Shown here piece by piece: positions 20,186 to 27,807 of a DNA stretch of 32,000 nt. Numbering within the stretch: position 1 is the first letter of the stretch; each line of letters starts with the position of its first letter. The notes under the pieces are model-generated. The model ran no database searches. It was not told the origin of the DNA and saw only the letters and a list, made by a program, of their open reading frames with translations. Position numbers and translations under genes: made by a program. The stretch is from Enterobacteriaceae endosymbiont of Donacia provostii (GTDB taxonomy: Bacteria; Pseudomonadota; Gammaproteobacteria; Enterobacterales; Enterobacteriaceae), in assembly GCF_012570145.1 (NCBI RefSeq), contig NZ_CP046206.1, forward strand, positions 182,324 to 214,323, in the 5' to 3' direction.

Positions 20186-20372
20186 ATAATATTATTATTC
20201 TAATAATATATTATAAAAAATTACTATATTATAATATAATTTGTAAAATTATATTTGATAAAAAAATATTTTAAAAATTTTCTATTTTATAGAATAAATA
20301 TTCTATTTATATAATAAAATATAAAACTTATATATCAGTAAGCAGATTATTAAAGAAATCTATATAATCAAG

Positions 20373-20680
20373 AATTATTAATTTAATTTTAATAATATAT
20401 TATATAAAATATAAATTATTTATTATTATTAAAATAATTATTTAAATTTATAAAATATTTATAATTAAATTATTTTCAAAATATTATTATTTATTATTAT
20501 ATTTAATTAATATTAACTATTTATTATATTAATTTTTATTTAATAAAATATTTTTTTAAAAAAATATTTTTTAATATAATTTTATTTATATAAAAAAATT
20601 AAAATTAATAAAAAAATTATTTATTTAAAAATATAATTTTAAATTATATATAAATTTTATTAATTTATTTAAAATAAAAT
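20373..20680. other. near-pure A/T tract: 308 nt containing only two C (20477, 20517) and no G
   Basis: Base-by-base reading of the lines from 20341 to 20700. Uninterrupted A/T runs are 104, 39 and 163 nt. The tract includes a perfect 26-bp palindrome, AAAATATTTTTTTAAAAAAATATTTT, at 20545-20570. Confidence 0.9.
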
Positions 20681-20711
20681 GAATATTTATTTTCTAAAAT
20701 AAGAGTTTAAA

Positions 20712-23393
20712 ATGAACAATTATAAGTTTACAGAAAAATTGTTATATGAAAATATTTTTTATATTGAAAAATTATATCAAAAATTTTTAATAAATCCTTC
20801 TTCTATAGAAGAAGAATGGAAATGTTTTTTTATATTTTTAAAAAAAAAAAATAAAATTTTATTTCAAAATAACAAATTAAAACATAATAATTTTTATAAA
20901 AATAAATTTTTAATAGAAAAAATTAATCAATTAATAAATAATTTTAGAATATTTGGACATTATGATGCAGATATTAATCCTTTAATATTAAAAAAAAAAA
21001 AATTAAGTAATATTTTACAATTAAAAAATTATAATTTCAATATAAATGATTTACAAAAAAAAATTACATTAAATTCTTTACTAAAAAATCAAAAAATTAT
21101 TGATATTTATAATACTTTTAAAAAAATATACTGTAATTCAGTAGGTATTGAATATTTTCATTTAATTAATTATGAAAAACATTGGATGAAAAAAAATATA
21201 GAATCAAAAATAAATATTTTAAGTATAACAAAAAAAAAACGTATTTTTGAAGAATTAGTTGCAACAGAAGTTTTTGAAAAAAATATAGCAAAAAATTTTC
21301 CAGGTAGTAAAAGATTTTCTTTAGAAGGAAGTGATATTTTAATTCCTATTATTAAAGAAATTATAAATTATTCAAGTAAATTAAAAAATAAAAATAAAAA
21401 AATAATTTTAAGTATGGCACATAGAGGAAGATTAAATGTTTTAGTAAATATAATGGGTAAAAGTATAAAAAAAATAATGAATGAATTTAAAAATACTATT
21501 TCAAAAAAAGAAAATATAGATGATGTAAAATATCATTTAGGATATTCTTCTAATATCATTAAAAATAATCAAAAAATTAAATTACAATTAACATTTAATC
21601 CTTCTCATTTAGAAATTATTAATTGTGTTTCTATGGGCATAGTAAAATCTCAAATTAATTCATCTCAAGATAATTATATAATCCCTATTAATATACATGG
21701 AGACGCAGCTTTTAGTGGACAAGGAATAGTTCAAGAAATATTGAATTTATCTCAAACAAAAGGTTATGGAATTAATGGTACTATACATATTATTATTAAT
21801 AATCAAATTGGATTTACAACTTCTAAAATTAATGACATGAGATCTAGTTATTATTGTACTGATATAGCTAAAATGATTCAATGTCCAATTTTTCATATTA
21901 ATTCTGATAATATAGAAAATACTATACCTATTATAAAATTAGCTATTAAATATAGAAATTTTTTTAAAAAAGATGTTTTTATTGATTTAGTTTCATATAG
22001 AAGACATGGTCATAATGAAAGTGATGATCCATATATAACACAACCAATAATGTATAATAATATAAAAAATCATGAAACAATACAAAATTCTTATTTTAAA
22101 AAATTATCAAATCAAAATATTTTAAATATTAAAGAAAAAAATTATATATATAAAAAATATCAAACTTTATTTAATAAAGGTTATTCTTTTATTAACACAG
22201 ATGTTTACATTAAACATGATAATTTTAACATAAAAGCTCAAAAATTAAAAATTAATCAATTAAAAAAATTACTTTTTAAAATTAGTTTTTTACCTAAAAA
22301 TTTCAATATTCATTATAGAGTTAAAAAAATTTATTTAGATAGATTTTATATGAGTCAAGGTAAAAAAAAAATAGATTGGGGTACTGCAGAAATTTTAGCA
22401 TATGCAAATATTTTAAATCAGGGAATATCTTGTAGATTATCTGGAGAAGATGTTAAAAGAGGTACTTTTTCTCACAGACATGCTGTTATTTATGATCAAA
22501 ATACTGGAGTTTCATATACACCCCTAAAACAAATAGGTTTAAAACAGGGAAAATTTTATATTTATAATTCTATTCTATCTGAAGAAGCAGTTTTAGGATT
22601 TGAATATGGATACTCATTAAATTATAAAAATATATTAACAATATGGGAAGCACAATTTGGAGATTTTGTTAATGGAGCACAAATTATTATAGATCAATTT
22701 ATTAGTTCAGGAGAAAAAAAATGGGGATATCAAAGTAAATTAATCATGATGCTTCCCCATGGTTATGAAGGACAGGGACCAGAACATTCTTCTGCACGAA
22801 TAGAAAGATTTTTGCAATTATGTTCTGAAAATAATATGAGAATTTGCATTCCTTCTAATGCATCTCAAATATATCATTTATTATGTGAACAAGCATTTAA
22901 TAATTTTAAAAAACCACTTATTATTTTTACCCCTAAATCTTTATTAAGATATAATTTATCATGTTCTTCTTTAAAATATTTTATTACTTCATTTCAATCT
23001 GTTCTAGATGATATAGATAAAAATATAGATATAAAAAATATTAAAAGAATTATTTTTTGTTCTGGTAAAATATATTATGATTTAATAGAATACAGAAATT
23101 CTATTAAAAATAAAAATGTAATTTTTATTAGATTAGAACAAATATATCCTTTTCCATATAATAATTTCAAAAAAATAATTATAAAATATTCTATAATAAA
23201 AAATTTTTTTTGGTGTCAAGAAGAACCAAAAAATCAAGGATCATGGATATATATCCAAAATTATTTTAAAAATAAATTAAATTTAAATATTAATTATATA
23301 GGAAGAAAATCATCCGCATCTCCTTCAACTGGCAATTTTAATATTTATAAAGAACAACAACAAAAAATAATATTTTCTGTTTTTAATATTTGA
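20712..23393 (+). CDS. sucA: 2-oxoglutarate dehydrogenase E1 component
   Basis: 893-aa ORF. Contains FGHYDADINPL, KRFSLEGSD, MAHRGRLNVL, HGDAAFSGQG (TPP region), YRRHGHNE, EAQFGDF.NGAQ and LPHGYEGQGPEHSSAR. It ends in TGA. AAGAG Shine-Dalgarno upstream. Confidence 0.94.
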   Translation: MNNYKFTEKLLYENIFYIEKLYQKFLINPSSIEEEWKCFFIFLKKKNKILFQNNKLKHNNFYKNKFLIEKINQLINNFRIFGHYDADINPLILKKKKLSNILQLKNYNFNINDLQKKITLNSLLKNQKIIDIYNTFKKIYCNSVGIEYFHLINYEKHWMKKNIESKINILSITKKKRIFEELVATEVFEKNIAKNFPGSKRFSLEGSDILIPIIKEIINYSSKLKNKNKKIILSMAHRGRLNVLVNIMGKSIKKIMNEFKNTISKKENIDDVKYHLGYSSNIIKNNQKIKLQLTFNPSHLEIINCVSMGIVKSQINSSQDNYIIPINIHGDAAFSGQGIVQEILNLSQTKGYGINGTIHIIINNQIGFTTSKINDMRSSYYCTDIAKMIQCPIFHINSDNIENTIPIIKLAIKYRNFFKKDVFIDLVSYRRHGHNESDDPYITQPIMYNNIKNHETIQNSYFKKLSNQNILNIKEKNYIYKKYQTLFNKGYSFINTDVYIKHDNFNIKAQKLKINQLKKLLFKISFLPKNFNIHYRVKKIYLDRFYMSQGKKKIDWGTAEILAYANILNQGISCRLSGEDVKRGTFSHRHAVIYDQNTGVSYTPLKQIGLKQGKFYIYNSILSEEAVLGFEYGYSLNYKNILTIWEAQFGDFVNGAQIIIDQFISSGEKKWGYQSKLIMMLPHGYEGQGPEHSSARIERFLQLCSENNMRICIPSNASQIYHLLCEQAFNNFKKPLIIFTPKSLLRYNLSCSSLKYFITSFQSVLDDIDKNIDIKNIKRIIFCSGKIYYDLIEYRNSIKNKNVIFIRLEQIYPFPYNNFKKIIIKYSIIKNFFWCQEEPKNQGSWIYIQNYFKNKLNLNINYIGRKSSASPSTGNFNIYKEQQQKIIFSVFNI

Positions 23394-23422
23394 AATAGAA
23401 AATAAATTTATAAGGATAAAAA

Positions 23423-24754
23423 ATGAATAATATTAATATTATTGTTCCTGAATTACCTGAATCAGTAAATAATGCAATTATCATTCAATGGTATAAAAAA
23501 CCAGGTGAAATAGTAAATATTGATGATATTCTTCTAGAATTAGAAACAGATAAAATAGTTTTAGAAATACCATCAACAGTTAATGGTATTTTAAAAAAAA
23601 TTTTGGTTAAAAAAGGTGAACGAGTACAATCACAACAAATTATTGGTATATTAAAAATTAATAAAGATTTAGATAATAATAAAATAGAAAATAAAGATTT
23701 AGATAATAATAAAATAGAAAATAAAGATTTAGATAATAATAAAATAGAAAATAAAGATTTAGATAATAATAAAATAGAAAATAAAGATTTAGATAATAAT
23801 AAAATAGAAAATAAAGATTTAGATAATAATAAAATAGAAAATAAAGATTTAGATAATAATAAAATAGAAAATAAAGATTTAGATAATAATAAAATAGAAA
23901 ATAAAGATTTAGATAATAATAAAATAGAAAATAAAGATTTTCAAATATTTTCTTTCAATAAATTAAATAATTATAGTCCTTCAATAAGAAGAAAAATAAA
24001 AAAAAATAATTATGAATTAAATAATTCAATAAATTTTCAAAATATTTTAAAAAAAAAAAAAAATAGTTTTAAAATAAAAAAAATGAGTCCTTTAAGAAAG
24101 TATCTTGCTAATAAATTAATGGATTCTAAAAAAAATACTGTTATGTTAACAACATTTAATGAAGTTAATATGAAAAAAATTATTAATATAAAAAATGATT
24201 ATAAAGATTTTATATTTAAAAAATATAATTTAAAATTAGGATTTACATCTTTTAATATTAAAGCTGTTACTAAAGCTTTAAAATTTTTTAAAAAAATTAA
24301 TGCATTTATTGATAAAGATAATATTATTTATAATAATAAATATCATATTAATATTGCAATTGCAACAAAAAGAGGATTAATAACTCCTATTATATATAAT
24401 ACTGATCAATTATCTATAATAAATATAGAAAAAAAAATAAAAGAATTAGTTCAAAAAAGTAATAATAATCAATTATCTCTAAAAGATTTACAAAGTGGTA
24501 CTTTTACTATCACTAATGGAGGTGTTTTTGGATCTCTAATGTCTACTCCAATTATCAATCCTCCACAAAGTGCTATTTTAGGAATGCATACTATTAAAGA
24601 AAGACCTATTGTTATAAACCATAAAATATGTATTATGCCTATGATGTATTTAGCTTTATCATATGATCATCGTTTAATAGATGGTAAAGATGCTATAGGT
24701 TTTTTAATGTTAGTAAAAAATTTTTTAGAAGATCCTATATGTTTATTTTTATAA
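23423..24754 (+). CDS. sucB: dihydrolipoyllysine-residue succinyltransferase, E2 of the 2-oxoglutarate dehydrogenase complex
   Basis: 443-aa ORF. The N-terminal lipoyl domain has the lipoyl-Lys context [14 protein letters not shown]. The catalytic domain contains [37 protein letters not shown] and the active-site [10 protein letters not shown]. The linker is occupied by a tandem repeat, listed separately. Confidence 0.93.
   Translation: MNNINIIVPELPESVNNAIIIQWYKKPGEIVNIDDILLELETDKIVLEIPSTVNGILKKILVKKGERVQSQQIIGILKINKDLDNNKIENKDLDNNKIENKDLDNNKIENKDLDNNKIENKDLDNNKIENKDLDNNKIENKDLDNNKIENKDLDNNKIENKDLDNNKIENKDFQIFSFNKLNNYSPSIRRKIKKNNYELNNSINFQNILKKKKNSFKIKKMSPLRKYLANKLMDSKKNTVMLTTFNEVNMKKIINIKNDYKDFIFKKYNLKLGFTSFNIKAVTKALKFFKKINAFIDKDNIIYNNKYHINIAIATKRGLITPIIYNTDQLSIINIEKKIKELVQKSNNNQLSLKDLQSGTFTITNGGVFGSLMSTPIINPPQSAILGMHTIKERPIVINHKICIMPMMYLALSYDHRLIDGKDAIGFLMLVKNFLEDPICLFL
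23660..23940 (+). repeat. perfect 30-bp tandem repeat, 9 full copies plus 11 nt, in frame within sucB ([10 protein letters not shown] x9)
   Basis: The unit AATAAAGATTTAGATAATAATAAAATAGAA recurs with exact 30-nt period at 23660, 23690 ... 23900. I saw no mismatch. A partial copy covers 23930-23940. Confidence 0.97.
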
Positions 24755-24841
24755 ATTTTAATTTTTTAAAAAAATTTATTTAAATAAATATTTAAATATT
24801 ATATTACAATAAATAATATGAAAATTAAATAAGGATTAATA

Positions 24842-26419
24842 ATGTTAAATATTATTGACCTATCAAGATTACAATTTGCATTAACAGCAATGTACCATTT
24901 TTTATTTGTACCATTAACATTAGGATTATCTTTTTTAATAGCTATTATGGAAACAATATATTTTTTATCTAAAAAAAAAATATATCGAGATATGACTAAA
25001 TTTTGGGGTAAATTATTTGGTATTAATTTTGCTTTAGGTGTAGTTACTGGTTTAACAATGGAATTTCAATTTGGTACAAATTGGGCATATTATTCACATT
25101 ATGTTGGTGATATTTTCGGAGCTCCATTAGCTATAGAAGGTTTAGTTGCATTCTTTTTAGAATCTACATTTGTAGGTTTATTTTTTTTAGGATGGAATCG
25201 TTTAAATAAATTACAACATTTATTCGTAACATGGTGTGTTGCAATAGGTTCTAATCTTTCTGCTCTTTGGATTTTAATTGCTAATGGTTGGATGCAAAAT
25301 CCAATTGCATCTTTTTTTAATTATCATAATATGCGTATGGAAATGAATAATTTTTGGGATTTAATTTTTAATCCTACAGCACAAACAAAATTTGTACATA
25401 CTATAACCGCTGGATATACTACAGGATCAATGTTTATTATTGGAATTAGTTCTTTTTATCTCTTAAAAAAGAGAGATATAAAATTTGCCAAAAAATCTAT
25501 TATTATTGCCTCTTGTTTTGGTTTAATTTCTATTTTATCTGTTATAATTTTAGGTGATGAATCTGGGTATCAATTAGGTCATACACAAAAAATTAAACTA
25601 GCTGCTATTGAAGCAGAATGGAATACACAAAAACCTCCAGCATCATTTAATGTAATAAGTTTTCCTAATCAAAAAAAACAATTAAATAAGTATGCTATAA
25701 AAATTCCTTATTTATTAGGTATAATAGCAACAAGATCTTTATCCTTACCTATTATAGGAATAAAAGATTTAATTAAAGAAAATGAATTTAAAATTAAAAA
25801 TGGTTTGAGCGCTTTAATAGCTCTTGAAAACATTAAAAATGGTAATCTATCATTAGATGATATAAAAATTTTTAATAAAAATAAAAAATTTTTAGGATAT
25901 GGGTTTTTAGTTAAACAATATTATAAAAATATTAATAATATAAATTATTCGCAAATAAAAAATATAGCTATAAAATCTATACCATTAATAAGTCCTCTAT
26001 TTTTTTCTTTTAGAATTATGGTATTATCTAGTATAATTTTATTTATTATATTAATTTTAGTTTTTATTTTTAGTGTTATTAATAACAACATTGAAAAAAA
26101 AAAATATTTATTGAAAATATGTTTGTATTCGATGCCATTACCTTGGATTGCATCTGAATCAGGATGGTTTGTTGCAGAATATGGTAGACAACCATGGGCT
26201 ATTAAAGAAATATTACCAACATACATGGCTGGATCTTCAATTCAATTGAATGAAGTATTATTTTCAATAATTTTAATTTTTATTTTTTATACTATTCTAT
26301 TAATAATAGAATTATTTTTAATATATAAAATATCTAGTATAGGACCAAGTATTTTAGGTACTGGTAAGTATTTTTTTGAAAATAAAATAAAAGAAAATAT
26401 TTTACACAAAAAAAATTAG
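24842..26419 (+). CDS. cydA: cytochrome bd-I ubiquinol oxidase subunit I
   Basis: 525-aa ORF. Contains LSRLQFALTAMYHFLFVPLTLG, GINFALGV.TGLTMEFQFGTNW, GDESGY, KLAAIEAEW and WFVAEYGRQPWAI. It ends in TAG. Confidence 0.95.
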   Translation: MLNIIDLSRLQFALTAMYHFLFVPLTLGLSFLIAIMETIYFLSKKKIYRDMTKFWGKLFGINFALGVVTGLTMEFQFGTNWAYYSHYVGDIFGAPLAIEGLVAFFLESTFVGLFFLGWNRLNKLQHLFVTWCVAIGSNLSALWILIANGWMQNPIASFFNYHNMRMEMNNFWDLIFNPTAQTKFVHTITAGYTTGSMFIIGISSFYLLKKRDIKFAKKSIIIASCFGLISILSVIILGDESGYQLGHTQKIKLAAIEAEWNTQKPPASFNVISFPNQKKQLNKYAIKIPYLLGIIATRSLSLPIIGIKDLIKENEFKIKNGLSALIALENIKNGNLSLDDIKIFNKNKKFLGYGFLVKQYYKNINNINYSQIKNIAIKSIPLISPLFFSFRIMVLSSIILFIILILVFIFSVINNNIEKKKYLLKICLYSMPLPWIASESGWFVAEYGRQPWAIKEILPTYMAGSSIQLNEVLFSIILIFIFYTILLIIELFLIYKISSIGPSILGTGKYFFENKIKENILHKKN

Positions 26420-26432
26420 TTGGGTTATTTTA

Positions 26433-27578
26433 ATGTTAAATCATAAAATTTTATGTATAATTTGGTCATTAATAATTACTATATTAATGACAGGATCCGT
26501 TCTTACTAATGGAATAGATATGGGAGTAGGTATATTATTATTTATTATTGGAAAAAATAATCTTGAACGAAGAGTTATGATAAATACTATTGCTCCTCAT
26601 TGGGATGGTAATCAAGTTTGGTTAATTACAACGGGTGCTGCATTATTTGCAGCATGGCCTATTGTATACGCTACTATATTTTCCTGTTTTTATATTCCAA
26701 TTATATTATTATTAATATCTTTATTTTTACGTCCTATAGGTTTTGAATATCGTTCAAAAATTAAAAATAAAATATGGCAACAAATATGTGATATATTTAT
26801 ATTTATAGGTAGTATAATACCTCCCTTTATTTTAGGTATAACATTAGGTAATATTTTTAAAGGTATTCCATTTTATATGGATAAATATTATCATATCTTT
26901 TTTAAAGGATATTTTATAGATTTATTTGATCTTTCTAGTATAATAATCAGTATTACTATACTGATCATTATTATTAATCATGCTGCATCTTATTTACAAA
27001 TTAGAATTATAGAAAAAAATATTAATTATCGATTAAATATAATTTTAAAATTATTTTCTATATTATCAATAATTTTATTAATATTATCATTTATTAGTAT
27101 TGTTTTTTATACAAAGGGTTATAAAATACACTTATCATTATATGATAATGATGTTAATAATTTTTTAAAAATATATAATATTACTCATGAAAAGTATTTA
27201 TGGATCAATAATTTTAAAAAACATCAATATTTATATATAATACCACTATTAAGTATATTTTTTACATTATTTATGATGATATCATCTATATGTAAAAGAT
27301 TAATAATGACTTTTATATTTTCGATTTTAAATATTGTTAGTGTTATTACAACTATAGGAATTATGATATTTCCTTTTATTGTTCCTTCAAGTATAAAATC
27401 TATACAAAGTTTAACTATTTGGAATGCTACTTCAAGTACATTAACATTAAAAATAATGTTATATATAGTTATTATATTTATGCCTTTTGTTTTAATGTAT
27501 ACTTTTTGGTGTTATAAAAAAATGTTTTTTAAAATTAATAAGAAAGAAATTCAAAAAAAATCTGATTTTTATTATTAA
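26433..27578 (+). CDS. cydB: cytochrome bd-I ubiquinol oxidase subunit II
   Basis: 381-aa polytopic membrane ORF, 13 nt after cydA. Contains APHWDGNQVWLIT.GAALFAAWP, typical of CydB. Confidence 0.92.
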   Translation: MLNHKILCIIWSLIITILMTGSVLTNGIDMGVGILLFIIGKNNLERRVMINTIAPHWDGNQVWLITTGAALFAAWPIVYATIFSCFYIPIILLLISLFLRPIGFEYRSKIKNKIWQQICDIFIFIGSIIPPFILGITLGNIFKGIPFYMDKYYHIFFKGYFIDLFDLSSIIISITILIIIINHAASYLQIRIIEKNINYRLNIILKLFSILSIILLILSFISIVFYTKGYKIHLSLYDNDVNNFLKIYNITHEKYLWINNFKKHQYLYIIPLLSIFFTLFMMISSICKRLIMTFIFSILNIVSVITTIGIMIFPFIVPSSIKSIQSLTIWNATSSTLTLKIMLYIVIIFMPFVLMYTFWCYKKMFFKINKKEIQKKSDFYY

Positions 27579-27597
27579 ATAGATAATGGAATTTAAT

Positions 27598-27687
27598 ATG
27601 TGGTATTTAATTTGGTTAATGGGAATATTGTTTTCATGTATTTTAACTATTTTTATAACCTTGTATAAAGAAAAAAAAAATATATAA
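27598..27687 (+). CDS. cydX: cytochrome bd-I oxidase small accessory subunit CydX (29 aa)
   Basis: Not in the ORF track because it is too short. ATG at 27598 lies 19 nt after the cydB stop. It translates to MWYLIWLMGILFSCILTIFITLYKEKKNI, a single TM helix. The N-terminal MWY..W signature matches E. coli CydX (MWYFAWILG...), and the position after cydB is conserved. Confidence 0.8.
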   Translation: MWYLIWLMGILFSCILTIFITLYKEKKNI

Positions 27688-27690
27688 AAA

Positions 27691-27725
27691 ATTTATCTGA
27701 TATTTAAAATAAATATCAGATAAAT
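27691..27725. terminator. perfect 15-bp inverted repeat with 5-nt loop just after cydX; putative terminator or insulator hairpin
   Basis: ATTTATCTGATATTT aaaat AAATATCAGATAAAT starts 3 nt after the cydX stop. The T-rich run sits on the side expected for minus-strand transcription, while the plus-strand 3' flank is A-rich. Orientation and function are therefore ambiguous. Confidence 0.45.
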
Positions 27726-27807
27726 AATAAAAATGATGAAAATTAATTGACTAAAAATGAATTTTTTTTATATTTAACATATAAAATCATTATATAATTA
27801 ATAAAAA

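Noticed and set aside
20035-20372. Possible pseudogene remnant (for example sdh) or small RNA gene in the first half of the corA-sucA spacer.
   Set aside because: I could read no ORF fragment, conserved peptide or GC-enriched structured core. The only structure is the 10-bp hairpin at 20154-20185. It cannot be supported without comparative data.
23660-23940. Could the 30-bp periodic array be a CRISPR array or a non-coding satellite?
   Set aside because: The units are directly abutting with no spacers. They lie in frame inside an otherwise well-conserved sucB ORF, between its lipoyl and catalytic domains. No cas genes or leader are nearby. It is a coding tandem repeat.
25945-26226. 93-aa minus-strand ORF.
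   Set aside because: It is antisense inside cydA.
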